This document shows, one piece after another, positions 50,263 through 63,816 of a stretch of DNA of 64,000 nt. The notes below the pieces were generated by a model. That model was not told where the DNA came from. It was given only the letters and a program-made list of their open reading frames with translations, and ran no database searches. The number at the start of each line of letters is the position of its first letter. Positions within the stretch are counted from its first letter, which is position 1. Origin of the DNA: Octopus sinensis (Eukaryota); NCBI RefSeq assembly GCF_006345805.1, contig NC_043012.1:11656001-11720000 (forward strand). Direction: 5' to 3'. Made by a program: the position numbers and the translations under genes.

Positions 50263-50628
50263 ATGCTACCATGCTGGAGCACCGCCTTTAGTCGAACAAA
50301 TCGAACCCAGGACATATTCTTCTTAGGCCTAGTACCTATTCTATCGGTTTCTTTTGCCGAACCGCTAAGATACGGGGGCGTAAACATACCAACATCGGTC
50401 GTCAAGTGATGATGAGGGGATAAACAGATACACAAACATACATATACATATACATACATACTTATATATACGACAGGCTTCTTTTCAGTGTCCGTCGAAC
50501 AAAACCACTCACAAGGCTTTGGTCGGCCGAGGCTATAGTAGAAGACACTTGGCCCAGGGCGCCACGCAGTGGGACCGAACCTAAAACTATGTGGTTGGGA
50601 AACAAGCTTCTTACCACACAGTCACGCC
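50263..50628 (-). mobile_element. SINE family A
   Basis: Reverse complement of the family A consensus. Confidence 0.85.
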
Positions 50629-50712
50629 TATAGACAGACAGAGAGACAGACAGACAGATAGACAGACAGACAGACAGACAGATAGATAGAAAGATAGATA
50701 GATAGATAGATT

Positions 50713-50753
<41 letters not shown>

Positions 50754-50959
50754 TAGACAGATTGATACGGGGGAGTGGACAAACGAAAGAAAGAGGAACT
50801 TAGTATATTTTGTAAGTGTTACATATATTATTATTTTAAATAGTTTGATACGACCCCATAAGACATACAGTTTAATAGGCTTCTTCATGTGTGTGTATGT
50901 ATATATAAATATATATATATGTATATAGATAGATAGATAGATATTACATACAATATATG

Positions 50960-51047
<88 letters not shown>

Positions 51048-51322
51048 GTGTGTCCGTGTTTGTTCCCCCAGCGGTTCGGCAAAAGAGACCGATAGAATAA
51101 GTACTAGACTTACAAAGAAAAAGTCCTGGGGTCGATATGCTCGATTAAAGGCGGTGCTCTCGCATGGCCGCAGTCAAATGGTTGAAAAAGTAAAAGAATA
51201 AAAGAATATATACACACCACAAATTGTTGGTGTGTATGTGTGTGTGTGTGTGTGTGTGTGGTGTGGTGTGTGTGTGGTGGTGTGTGTGTGGTGTGTGTTG
51301 TGTAGTGTTGTGTGTGTGGTGT

Positions 51323-51354
<32 letters not shown>

Positions 51355-51451
51355 TACACGATATGTGTGTACGCGTACATCACCCTACCCACACGCGTGA
51401 GTATATAAATTGAGAAAGATTTCGATGAAACTACATTATCTTGATTACAGG

Positions 51452-51486
<35 letters not shown>

Positions 51487-52066
51487 CTGATGAGAAGAAG
51501 GACGAGGTGGAGGAGGGGGTGGGAGGAGAAGGAAGGTGTAGAGGTGCAAATGAAAGAAACGGCGGAGGGTGGGGAGGGAGATTAGTACGGACGTGGGAGG
51601 AAGGCAAGAAATGAGAAGCAAGGGTTGTTCTTATAATCGTTGGAGGAAGTTATACGATTACGTTGTGGGATTTCAACTTTATTCTGCAAGAAAAGGATTT
51701 AGTTTGTGTGTTTAATCGTGTGGCTTGTTAAAAAAAGATGATGGCTGCGTTGTTACTCGATAGTTTTGAAGTTGAAGAACTGCGAAAAGAGCGTCAGAAA
51801 ACGCCTTTTCTAATGCGGTACGAGGTGTTTATTTTGACAATTGTAATTTACGGCCTACTCCGACATAGTTACCAGCTGTTGATCAATCAACCCCCCACAT
51901 ACTGCCAAACTAATCGTAGTCCACTACAAACTGACGATCAGCCGAAATTACTACGATGATCCGGTTCTTGACTGAAGACTGAGGGGTTCGAATGTCCTGT
52001 CCATGTTTATTGTATCGTCTTCTATGAGTTATACGTTCTTGTCCATGTTTTATTTTTCTACATACC

Positions 52067-52108
<42 letters not shown>

Positions 52109-52110
<2 letters not shown>

Positions 52111-52500
52111 TGGCTGTGTGGTAAGTAGCCTGTCTATCAACCACATGGTTCCGGTTCAGTCCCACTGCGTGGCACCTGGGCAAGTGTCTTCTACTATAGC
52201 CTCGGGCCGACCAAAGCCTGTGGGTGGATTTGGTGACGGAACTGAAAGAAGCCTGTCGTATATATGTATATATATATGTATATGTGTGTATATGTTTTTT
52301 GTGTCTGTGTTTTCCCCCCCCCTAGCATTGCTTGACAACCGATGCTGGCGTGTTTACGTCCCCGTCACTTAGCGGTTCGGCAAAAGAGATCGATAGAATA
52401 ACTGCTGGGCTTACCAAGAATAATCCCGGGGTTCGATTTGCTCGACTAAAGGCGGTACTCCAGCATGGCCGCAGTCAAATGACTGAAACAAGTAAAGAGA
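52109..52500 (+). mobile_element. SINE family A
   Basis: Head, CORE-like segment and tail present. Confidence 0.88.
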
Positions 52501-52512
52501 GTATATATATAT

Positions 52513-52544
<32 letters not shown>

Positions 52545-52547
<3 letters not shown>

Positions 52548-52750
52548 ATGTATGTATAAGACCCATGATAGATCGTTAGCTACTACACACATTTTTTTCA
52601 CTTCTTGCTTTTTCCGTGTCCCTTTCCGTAGAAGAGCTTAGGCTCGAAACGTAAAAGACTTTTTCTATTCCTGAGCGCTATACTAATACATCTGTTTGTT
52701 TGTACACCACCTGCCTTCGTCTTTTGTTTATTTTCGTAAACTTTCCCTTC
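52545..52750 (+). mobile_element. Variant-hammerhead repeat (copy 5)
   Basis: cuuu CCGUAGA A GAGC uuag GCUC GAAAC GUA aaagac. Confidence 0.7.
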
Positions 52751-52777
52751 ATATATATATATGTGTGTTGTGTGTGT

Positions 52778-52813
<36 letters not shown>

Positions 52814-53265
52814 TATGTGTATATTTATTTATATATATAAATATATGCATATATCGATACATATACACAAACATACATAAATATATACATACATATGTGT
52901 TTGTGTGCGTGTGCAGGTGTATATATTTATATATATATTATAAATATATATATTATATATATATATGTATATATATATAAGAACACCAACCGACAACGGA
53001 ATACACACCCTCAGACACACACACACATACACCAATGGACACGAGAATATGTAAGTAGTTAATGATGTAAAATTGTTTCCTCTATTGTCGCTTTCCGTTT
53101 TGCAAACTGTTTTCCTCAACACAACAACAAAAACAACAACAACAACAACAAAAACAACAACAACAACAACAACAGCAGCAGCAGCAGCAACAATAATAAT
53201 GATAATCATAACAATACTGCTACTACTTCATTCGTCCGCAACCTTATTGCAGCATGTGCTGAGTT

Positions 53266-53300
<35 letters not shown>

Positions 53301-53319
53301 GGTGGTAGTAGTAGTAGCG

Positions 53320-53362
<43 letters not shown>

Positions 53363-53406
53363 ATGTAGTAGTAGTCGTCGTCGTAGTAATAGTAATGGTG
53401 GTGGTG

Positions 53407-53455
<49 letters not shown>

Positions 53456-53789
53456 CTTTTTTGCTGTCATGTTGTTGAATTGCCAGTAATTGTAAGAATT
53501 TATTTGTTTCGAGTTTATTGTGTCGATGTACTGGCTTTGAGCGGGGAGAGTGGGGGGTGCATTTATTCCCAGACCTATTCAGGAAGACATTAGAAGTTTT
53601 CTAACAATTGAAAACAACGGAAGATGATGATGATGGTCGAGAGCTCGCTCCACTCACGTGAAGTGTCAACATAAAGCAGAATGGTCTAGAAATAGTCACA
53701 CAAGTTATTACAAAAAGAAAGACCAAAATAGAAAACAAAACTTAAGTTGTGGTTTCATTGATGTATGTATGTGTGTATGTGTGTATATG

Positions 53790-53837
<48 letters not shown>

Positions 53838-54007
53838 GTGAGTAGGAATTCGAGTTTATCATTTTAAAGTTTTCAGTGCACGTGGAAATTCCACGGTTAT
53901 TTTGTAAATTGTGATAGAATTGTATATTTTTTTCTATTACATTTGAATCTTGAGAAGATGAGAAAATTCACAAAGCAGTATTGAGGGGGCATTCAATCAA
54001 TCAATTA

Positions 54008-54110
<103 letters not shown>

Positions 54111-54383
54111 CTATCTGAAAAATTGTTGGAAAAAAAAAACGTCCATGCAACAATGACAAGTTCATAGCAGATGTAAACACAATACGCTGCTCGTTCGGGA
54201 CATCGAACCCACGATCTAGCGATCGTGAGTGCAACACTGTAACCACTAGGCCACGCCCCCCCCCCCACACACACACACATAAAAAGCGTGAAAAAGATAT
54301 ATAACCAGGACTCCTGCTTCGAGCTTGTCTTCTAGTCGCTGATGTTGCGTTACACTACTCTTTGAGTGGTACTCAACACAACC

Positions 54384-54575
54384 CGCATTGACTCCATATT
54401 GGTGGGCTCAGTCACAATATTCCACTCTTGCTTGTATCGTTAATGGGAAGTTAAATCCCCGTCGACTCCACTCAATTGACTCCAACCCACGCATTGACTC
54501 CATATTGGTAGATCCAGTCACAATATTTAACTCCTGTCTATATCATTAACGGGAGATAAATTCCCGCCAACTCCA
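54384..54575. repeat. Tandem duplication, period 106 bp
   Basis: cgcattgactccatattggt at 54384 and 54490, with aligned continuation. Confidence 0.85.
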
Positions 54576-54717
54576 GCACTGAGCCGACCAGATCATGATG
54601 GAAGCTCGACCACTTGAGATAGTAACGAGTCATCTCACAGCCAGCAATATATAGAAAAACAGTGCCAGAACAGGCGCTTGTGTTGCGTTTAGCCAGTGAG
54701 TTTATTCATCATCATCA

Positions 54718-55203
54718 TAATTATCATCGTTTAACGTCCGCTTTCCATGCTAGCATGGGTTGGACGATTTGACTGAGGTTTGGCAAGCCAGATGGCTGCA
54801 GCAGACTCCAATCTGATCTGGCAGAGTTTCTACAGCTGGATGCCCTTCCTAACGCCAACCACTCCGAGAGTGTAGTGGGTGCTTTTATGTGCCACCGGCA
54901 CGAGGGCCAGTCAGGCGGTACTGGCAACGGCCACGCTCAAAAGGTGCTTTTTACGCGCCACCTGCACAGGAGCCAGTCTGGCGGCACTGGCAGCGACCTC
55001 GCTCGAATGTTTTTTTCACGTACCACCAGCACAAGTGCTAGTAAAGATCACGCTCGAATGGTGTGTTTAACGTGCCATCGGTACGGAGGCCAGCTTGTTG
55101 CTCTGGCAACGATCTCACTCGTATGGTACTTTTAGCGCTCCACTAGCACGGATGCCAGTCATCGAATTTGATTTCGATTTCGATTTCACTTGCCTCAACA
55201 ATG
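54718..55203 (-). mobile_element. SINE-like family E with about five internal ~60-bp repeats
   Basis: Reverse complement of the 37329 copy, with more repeat units. Confidence 0.8.
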
Positions 55204-55315
55204 TCTTCGCAAGCAAAGACTATATATTAGCAACAGAAGCAGTATTAATACAGGGAGATAATATTTACCCACACTTAAATGTAGATGTTCTGTTGGAACA
55301 AACTATAATACCGAC

Positions 55316-55656
55316 ACCAGTGCGTAACTGGTACTTATTTAATCGACCCCGAAAGGATGAAAGGCAAAGTCGACCTCGGCGGAATTTGAACTCAGAACGT
55401 AACGGCAGACGAAATACCTATTTCTATTTCTTTACTACCCACAAGGGGCTAAACACAGAGAGGACAAACAAGGACAGACAAACGGATTAAGTCGATTACA
55501 TCGACCCCAGTGCGTAACTGGTACTTAATTTATCGACCCCGAAAGGATGAAAGGCAAAATCGACCTCAGCAGAATTTGAACTCAGAACGTAATGGCAGAC
55601 AAAATACGGCTACGCATTTCGCCCGGCGTGCTAACGTTTCTGCCAGCTCGCCGCCT
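55316..55656 (-). mobile_element. Deu/Nin-type SINE dimer
   Basis: Junction ATACC (GGTAT on minus) at 55414-55418. Confidence 0.88.
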
Positions 55657-56385
55657 TTAACAAACTATAATACCATTGATACTGTTAGAGAAACGCTGAT
55701 ATTGGCTTTCGATGCTGAATGTACTCTTGTTAATAGAGCTAGTGGAGATAAGTCTTCGCTATCTTCAGCGCCGAATCCACCAGATAGTAATTATTTTAAG
55801 CCTGTCATTTGAAAAAAAATTTAGAAATCAAAAACCAAGAGATCGTGGACAGGAAGTAGGAAACCGTGATATCTAGTCTCAAAGCAGAGAATGTAACAAG
55901 GATATATGTTATCAGTAATGTAGATTTCAAATTTTGGTACAAGGCCAACAATTTCTGAGGTTGGGGCAAGTCGATTGCATTGACCCCTATACTCAACTGG
56001 TAGTTATTTTATCGACCCCCAAAATGATGAAAGGAAAAGTCGACTTTGGCAGAATTTCAACTCAGAACATAAAGACGAACGAAATGCCGGAACCACAAGG
56101 TTCCGGGTTCAGTCCCACTCCGTGGCACTTTGGGCAAATGTCTTCTACTATAGCCTCGGGACGACCAAAGCCTTGTGAGTGGATTTGGTAGAAGAAAACT
56201 GTAAGAATCCCGTCGTATATATGTATATATATATATATATAATTATATATATTTATATGTGTGTGTGTGTCTGCATTTTTTTCCTCTCACCTGGTGCTGT
56301 ATGAACATTTAATGTAATGTTTTTAGTCAAGTTTGGCTGCTATATCTAGCAAGTTTGTTATCTCTTAGATACCCTTAATTATAAT

Positions 56386-56417
<32 letters not shown>

Positions 56418-56904
56418 ATATATATAATAATATGTATATATGTATTATATATTTACGTGTATGTATGTATATATACATATATGTGCGTGTGTGTGCGTTC
56501 GTGTTTGCGTGTTTGTGTATGTTGTGTGTGTGTGTGTGTGTGTGTGTGTGATGCATAAAGTGATGCTTTCTCTCTCTCTCTTTTTATGAACATTCCAATA
56601 CATAGATATAAAGAACTCTTGTGTCGAAATAAAATGAATATAGGGCATTAAGATAGCTTCTGGCATTCCATTTCTTATAAAATCTCTTTGGTTCACTAAG
56701 TCTAAGGAATTGGTACAGCAATGTAGTGGTGCGGACATAGTTACAGACTGACAGTCGCTTGTGGGCAGAGACAGTTGACATCACCAGCCATCTGGGACAA
56801 TTATATACACAATTTTACACACACACACACACACACACATGCATGTATATATATATATATATATATATCTTCACGCACATACAGAGGTAGATAGATAAAT
56901 AGAT

Positions 56905-56959
<55 letters not shown>

Positions 56960-57346
56960 GAGATAGATAGATAAATAGATAGATAGATAGATAGATAAGA
57001 TAGATAGATGGATAGATAGATAGATAAATTGAGAGATACACATACGCACACAAAATCATAGCATTGACTACCTGTTGAGTTGCTTTTCAACCTCGGCGAT
57101 TAAATATCTTGCTTGTACGATCAAGTTCATTATCGTATGTCTGTTAGTTTCTCTGCCTATCTATTTATCAGTATTATGTGTGTGTGGGGTGGGTGGGTGT
57201 ATAACTATATATATGGAGCAAATAATTCAGGTGAAAATATTTACGAAGATATCATTGACTCTGTTATTGTCTAGTGTAACAATTAAAAATGATAATAACA
57301 TAATAAATAATATAGGCGATTGTAGGCCCCCAAAATACACTAAATA

Positions 57347-57651
57347 GCTGAAGGGTTAAAAATGAATCAAAGGACATACTAAGTATGTCTACCTGCTGGA
57401 AATAATAGTGAAAACTCTTATTTAAATCGCCGAAAAAGCCACTGTTAATAACTACAGAAATCAACCGTCCGCGGGCAAACGTGAATCCCAATACTTGAAT
57501 GCATGTTCAGAGGTTGTCTTAGCCCATTTGCTCGAAGATTTCTGTAGATATTATCAGTGTATCTTTCGGCGAGTTAAATAAGAGGTTTGACTGTTATTTC
57601 CAGCAGGTAGACATACTTAGTATGTACTTTGATTAATTTTCATCGTTCAGC
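57347..57651. mobile_element. 305-bp MITE with ~116-bp TIRs and TA flanks
   Basis: ta|gctgaa...catactaagtatgtctacctgctggaaataa mirrored at ttatttccagcaggtagacatacttagtatg...ttcagc|ta. Confidence 0.85.
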
Positions 57652-57774
57652 TATACATACATACATACATACATACATACATACATACATACATACATAC
57701 ATACATACATACATACATACATACATACATACATACATACATACATACATACATACATACATACATACATACAT

Positions 57775-57900
57775 CTGTAGAAGAGCGTAGGCTCGAAACG
57801 TAAAAGACTTTTTCTATTCCTGAGCGTTATACTAATACATATGTTTGTTTTGTACACCACCTGTCTTCGTCTTTTGGTTTTTTCGTAACTTTCCATATAT
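57775..57900 (+). mobile_element. Variant-hammerhead repeat (copy 6, 5'-truncated at (TACA)n)
   Basis: CUGUAGA A GAGC guag GCUC GAAAC GUA aaagac. Confidence 0.7.
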
Positions 57901-58408
57901 ATATTATTATATTATTATATATATATATATATTATATATATATTATATATATAATATATATATATATATACATTCAAATACATACAACGCACACACCACA
58001 CGCATACACACTCAAATGTGTGTGTGTGTGTGTGAGGGCATAGCTTAGTAGTTAGGGTGTTGCACGCACGCCCTAGCGATCTTGATTTCAATTCGTAGAT
58101 CGGGTGCTGCATTGTGTTCTTGGGCAACACACTTCATATCACGTTGCACTGCGATCGTTTCGACACCTTGACCTGTGGTGCACCATGCACTATTTCAAAT
58201 AACGCCGATTTGATGGAGGGAGAGTGAGCTAATATGCTGCAGGCAAAAGCTGAACGCTCATACGTCGTCTTCGATGGCAGTCCAACATACACACAAACAC
58301 ATACACACGCTCACACACATACACACACACAGAGCAAGACAAAATGCTAGTATGTCAAATACTATACAACATGAATTCTAGATTTATCAGAATTATCTCC
58401 TCTTCCAG

Positions 58409-58525
58409 AGGACGTATCATAATTACCAAATGGCGCTTATGACCAGTTCTTCTGGTGAAAGGGCGATTCACAAGATTAAATATTTCTCCAAAACTGACAT
58501 GCCATTCAAGAATTATTGCTACGTG
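58409..58525 (+). CDS. Candidate 117-nt phase 0-0 exon, unknown protein
   Basis: Acceptor tatctcctcttccag; open frame RTYHNYQMALMTSSSGERAIHKIKYFSKTDMPFKNYCYV; weak donor gtatct. Confidence 0.15.
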
Positions 58526-58604
58526 GTATCTGACATACCGATATTTGTCTATGTTACTCAAATATATGACACTGGCAACTTCGAGTTACCTCTCTTAGCT
58601 AATT

Positions 58605-58640
<36 letters not shown>

Positions 58641-59207
58641 ATATATATATAATAAATAGATGAGTGTATTTTTGCCTTGTTAACAATTAACACGGAAAAA
58701 TAAATAAATAGTTACCAGGGCAGCAAAAAATCACACAAGTAAAGAGGTTATAACTACTTGCGCTAAACTCCATTTATATATATATAAGGTTTAAGTTAGA
58801 GGTGTTAAGCCCTCTAAGAGATAGAAGTATCCAGAGGCACTCCAGGTAAATACCTCCGTAACTATGGTCCTTGGTATAAGGTATAGGGCAGCAAGTAATT
58901 GAAAGAGGTAAACCGTAGTTTAATGTATATATAGACGATAAAAAAAGGAGGAAAAACAACAAATAGAAGAGGATCTTTGGTGCTAAAAAGCCATTATTTA
59001 ATTAGTTAAGCAAGGACATATGTGTACATACGTGTATATCTGTGTGTGTGCTTGAATGTGTGTGTATGTATGTGTGTGCGTGTGTATGCTTGTTTGTGCG
59101 TGCATGTCTGTATGAATACGTATATGGGTATAATTCCCACTAAAACAATTTCTTTCCAGACATCTGTCGTCTGTCCGTCTGTTTGTCTGTCTGTCTGTCT
59201 CTCTATC

Positions 59208-59301
<94 letters not shown>

Positions 59302-59446
59302 CCCAATACTAGAGGTGTGTGAATTCTAGTTAATCCCCGACTTCCGAATCTAATAAATACCAACGAAATCTTTAACAGCAAAATAAGATAATTTAGAGTG
59401 CCATTCCTAAAACACACACACACACACACACACACACGCAATCTAC

Positions 59447-59870
59447 ATTGTGTTGAGTCAAAAAGTTTTGCAATATTTTGGTAACTTATTTGCTGTATCC
59501 GTCAAGTTACAAGAAGAACAGCCTCGCATTCAAAGTAGAAGCTATCATGTTGCACCACCCTTTTGCCAGTTCTTTGATCCTTACGTTGATGCTGGTTCTT
59601 GTTCTTCTGGGCGAAGAACTCTTTCACTGATGTCCCCATCTCCTCCTGATTGATGAAGCGTAGCGAGTGTAGGATTATTGCTGTGGATCAGAACGCGTAA
59701 TAATCCGAGGGAAATATTTTTACGCAATTCTGACGTTAAGCTAGGGAGAACTGCCGAAACCTGTCGCCACAAATGGGAGTTTCGAACACAAGGTGATGGT
59801 CTTCGTCTGATGGAATTACCAGCGGTTAATATTCACTACGAGTTCGTTCCGGACTGTCTGTCGAAATATT
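59447..59870 (-). mobile_element. 3' end of a second mariner family, decayed
   Basis: PSDYYAF*STAIILHSLRFINQEEMGTSVKEFFAQK...QHDSFYFE; TIR-like attgtgttgagtcaaaaagtttt. Confidence 0.75.
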
Positions 59871-60217
59871 GATGCTAACTTGTACTCCAAACAGCTGGAG
59901 TGGATGTATGCCATTGTGTGAATATGTGCGTGTGTCTAAGATAATGAAACATTATATGTTAGATGTGGTTTTAATGGTTTTGATCTATTAGTTTGTTTAG
60001 TCAAGGTTAACAAGAATAATTGGCGCAGCAACAACATTAGCCAATGAGGGAGCAGCTCGATATAAACGTAGCAGCCAAATCTCTCTCAAATTACTTTCTA
60101 GAGTCATAAATAATGAAAGAGTCATTGGATACAGCATTGTTCTCAATACAATACGTGCAAAAAATAATGGAAGGCTCGTAGTTGGTGCGCTTTTGATCAC
60201 GTCTGCTGTATTGTGGT

Positions 60218-61866
60218 TACTCTCGGGTGGGGGTTGGAACAAGCAGGTGGGTTGGACATTTGCCTAAATTCATATAGGCGGGTGGGTTGGAATAAACGCG
60301 GGTAGGTGGGTATCAGTAACTGGAAAATTGGCAATTGTATAGTAGTAACTGTATAAAATTAAAAAATTTTCCAAGTTGTCTCCAATGATTTTTTAAAAAA
60401 ACCAATTATTTACTCTCGGGTTCTAAATAATGGGAGTGGAGTGTTGAATAAGCGGGTGGGTTGGACGTTTGTTTGAATTCATATACGCGGGTGGGTGAGT
60501 ATCAGTATCTGTATAGTGTATGTACGAAAATTAGGGAAAAAGCATCTTAAAGCACATATAACGACACGACGAGGCAAAAGAATTGAACTGGAGGCAAGTG
60601 AAATTAGCACATATGTATGCTTCAAACGTCCACTTTAGTTAAGATATACATTTGGATAATAAAAATAAGACATTTGTTGATTATGGTAATTATGGGATTT
60701 TTTTTATGCTGTAGACTAAACAGATATTGATAGAAGCAACACGTCTTAAAAAGATAAAACAATGACAAGAGTATAATTACCGTTTCGTGAACTTGCAGCG
60801 TTTATTATACTCATCATCATCATCCTTTAACGGCCGCTTTCCATGCTAGCGTTGGACGATTTGACTGAGGACTGGCGAACCAGATGGCTGCACCAGGCTC
60901 CAATCTGATCTGGCAGTCTTTCTACAGCTGGATGCCCTTCCTAACGCCAACCAATCCGAGACTGTAGTGGGTGCGTTTACGTGCCACTGGCACGAGGGCC
61001 TATACATAATAAAATATAGCACTCCGTAAATAGGTATAAATATAATTTTTCGTCACTGTCCTTCGGCAGGTTTCTCCGTTTCGATATTCGCTTCTTTACG
61101 GATTACCGAGCTTCACTGACAGTTGACATGAGTTTGTTTTGATGGGACAAAAAAATGTAGAGGTCTCATTTTCATCCAACGCCTATATTTTTTCAAGGAA
61201 CAAGGCATCTTTATTAATCTGATCATCACTGCTGATTCCCATAAGAGAGATAGAGCTTCCCGTTATCATGTTTGGCCGACCGTGCTTTGGCTCCTGCGAA
61301 ACCTCCATGGGGATTTCTCCAGATGGGTCAATCACCCCCTAAAGATGTTAGTGATTGGTAGAGAAATCGTAGAGAAATTGAAAATGAGGATTTGTTGACT
61401 ACAGTGTGAAGTAACAGTAAACTCACGCGTATGTTACAGACTGGGGTAGTTGTCCAGCCTGAAGTTTTTATAAATTCTGGCCAGTTGTAAAGCAGATTTT
61501 CTGACAATAATCTCCTTGTTTTCTATGTGTGTTGTGTCTCGAAATGATTGATCTTCTGAGGTTATCAATGCCCTAAAATGTTGAAGGCTCACCCGCATGA
61601 ACTGTGGATAAATATCTTTGCTCCATGCGTTATGAAAACAAACAGAACACTCCTGGTTTTTTCCCCATTCCTGTCTACTGCTTGTTTTTTTTTGTTTTTT
61701 TCGTCATGCTGATTCCCAATTTGTGTCAGTCAAAATAATAATGAATTCTCCAGAGTTTGTTGTTTTCTACTAGTAACGGGAGTCAGTTTAATCGATGAGG
61801 TTGGAGAAAATCTGAAAAATTAATAACCGGGGGGAGGGGGGAGGGCATTATTCAAGACCCCAGAAT
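60218..61866. mobile_element. Possible DNA-transposon remnant with G-rich subterminal repeats
   Basis: tactctcgg starts at ~60218 and ~60410 with gggtgggttgg repeats; inverted counterpart attattcaagaccccagaata at ~61846-61866. Confidence 0.35.
60815..61000 (-). mobile_element. SINE-like family E, 3' part
   Basis: Same tail as 54718, with at most one internal repeat. Confidence 0.8.
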
Positions 61867-61951
61867 AACTTGCTTCTAAAAGCATCAATAGGAAAAGCAT
61901 CAACTCTTCTTCTTCTTCTTCTTCTTCTTATTATTATTATTATTATTATTA

Positions 61952-61993
<42 letters not shown>

Positions 61994-62011
61994 CATCATC
62001 ATCATCATCAT

Positions 62012-62340
62012 GAGGGCGTTCTTCAATGTAGCAAGAAGTAAGTCACTGATGTATGGAAGGGAAAAAGCAGGGCCAGAACTGAACCGGGGACCTAAACCTG
62101 AGAACACTGAGCAGAAACAGGTCAGTCAATACATGCTACGATATTGCGATCAGACAGAAATTTACCAATCCAAGAGACGATCGATAGGTGGAAGAGAATG
62201 TTTCGATAGTTGATTTGCATATTAAACGCGGTGGAAGGTTTTGCTGATACTCAGAGTAACAACATTGCTCTCACCGAAAAACTTTAACGCCCTATTCCAC
62301 TGGTGGGTGACATAATTGAGTAGGCCTCCAGTGGGTCTGG
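62012..62340 (-). mobile_element. CR1/L2-type LINE reverse-transcriptase fragment
   Basis: VTHQWNRALKFFGESNVVTLSISKTFHRV (LDISKAFDRV motif), SWIGKFLSDRNIVACID, PGSVL and YISDLLLAT. Confidence 0.65.
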
Positions 62341-63816
62341 TTCATCAAAAACCCTTATGGATATAAAATGATGGTTACTGAAGGGAGAGAGAAGGGAAGA
62401 GAGAAGGGGAGAGAGAAGGGAGAGAGAAGGGGAGAGAGAAGGAGAAAGAGCGAGGGAGTGAGAGCGAGTGTGAGAGCGCGAGGGAGAGAGAGATTCATAA
62501 TATTGAAGATTGTCATAGTTAATGGTTGTCTCCATTACTTTAGAAATGTTATACGCAAGAATAATAGGAACAGCTTTAGGAATGCTAAATCTCCTTCAAA
62601 TCATAACTTTTGTCTTGGGAAAAGGAAGAATATAAACAATATTGTTCTAAAATACTTGTAAAATAGATGGGGAAAATTTCTGTGAAGGTGTAGCGGCGAA
62701 TACGTTTGTATGTTCCTGAGTGACTAAAATAAATTCCATCTTGTAATTTCAGGTTCATCTCACGGTCAGCTCATTGGTGGACAGGTATTACTCCATAATA
62801 TGATAAAACCCACGTTATGAAAGTGTTGTTTAGCAGAAAATCCCATCGTAACGTTGAATTCCATAACGTAAAGTGTATTTTCTATTGACTTCCATATAAC
62901 TTGGGAGTCAAGGAAGATAGGTTTCACGTTACGGAATTCCGACTTGCAGAAAAGTTTCCAAGAACGCTTCCGTAATGTGGTTAACGCCGTATTGATAAAC
63001 AATAAACTTAAAAGCGATCCTTTCCGCTGTGACTCTCCCCTTTCCCTACCTCCGTCCATCACCCTTGGGAATTTAACTCTCAGCAATGAGTTAATGTAAA
63101 AGCAGTTTAAAAACATTGGAACACGTGCTTGGGATGTCAGCTGTTACCAACCCAAACCACCACCACCACCGCCACCACCACCACCACCGCCACCACCACC
63201 ACCACCACCACCACCACCACCACCACCACCACCACCACCACCACAGGCGCTGCCGCCATCGTCGTATAACATGACTACTGTGAGCTAAGACAGGAATTAT
63301 TTATACAAGACCGCTTCAACTTGCTAAAAATACCAACTAAATCTCCCTCATTGACATCGTGGTTTCTGGAATAAATAAATAAATAAATAAATAAACGTAC
63401 ACACGAGTCAATGAAGATGGAACGACAGCACGTAGAAAAGTTTGATCAGAACCAAAATGAGGTTAAACAGGAACAACATGGTACAAGATTTTAGAGGAAG
63501 AAACAGTGAATAAAATCAGCCTCATTAAATAGCAGGAAGCTTGATGTAAAGTCGGTCTCTGTAGGTTTTGAACTCCATTTCAATGTAGACAGAGGAAACT
63601 AAAGATTATGAATGGATGTATATGCATGTGTGTATATGTATGTGTGTGTTACTCTGGAGTTTTCATGGTATGTAGATTTGCATTCGTTGAGAGAAATGGC
63701 ACCCAAAGGACCTATAAAAAACTTCCTACCAATATCTTTAAACAACGGTATAACCAACATCTGTAATCTATCATCAAATCAAAACTAGGTAAAAAGAAAT
63801 CCTAGGCAGATCAGTT

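Noticed and set aside
56602-56791. 190-nt open minus-strand segment as an exon
   Set aside because: Weak acceptor next to a microsatellite, a second overlapping frame is also partly open, and no homology is recognised.
62766-63116. 116-aa minus ORF in non-repetitive sequence
   Set aside because: No recognisable domain or splice context; an ORF of this length is plausible by chance in 64 kb.
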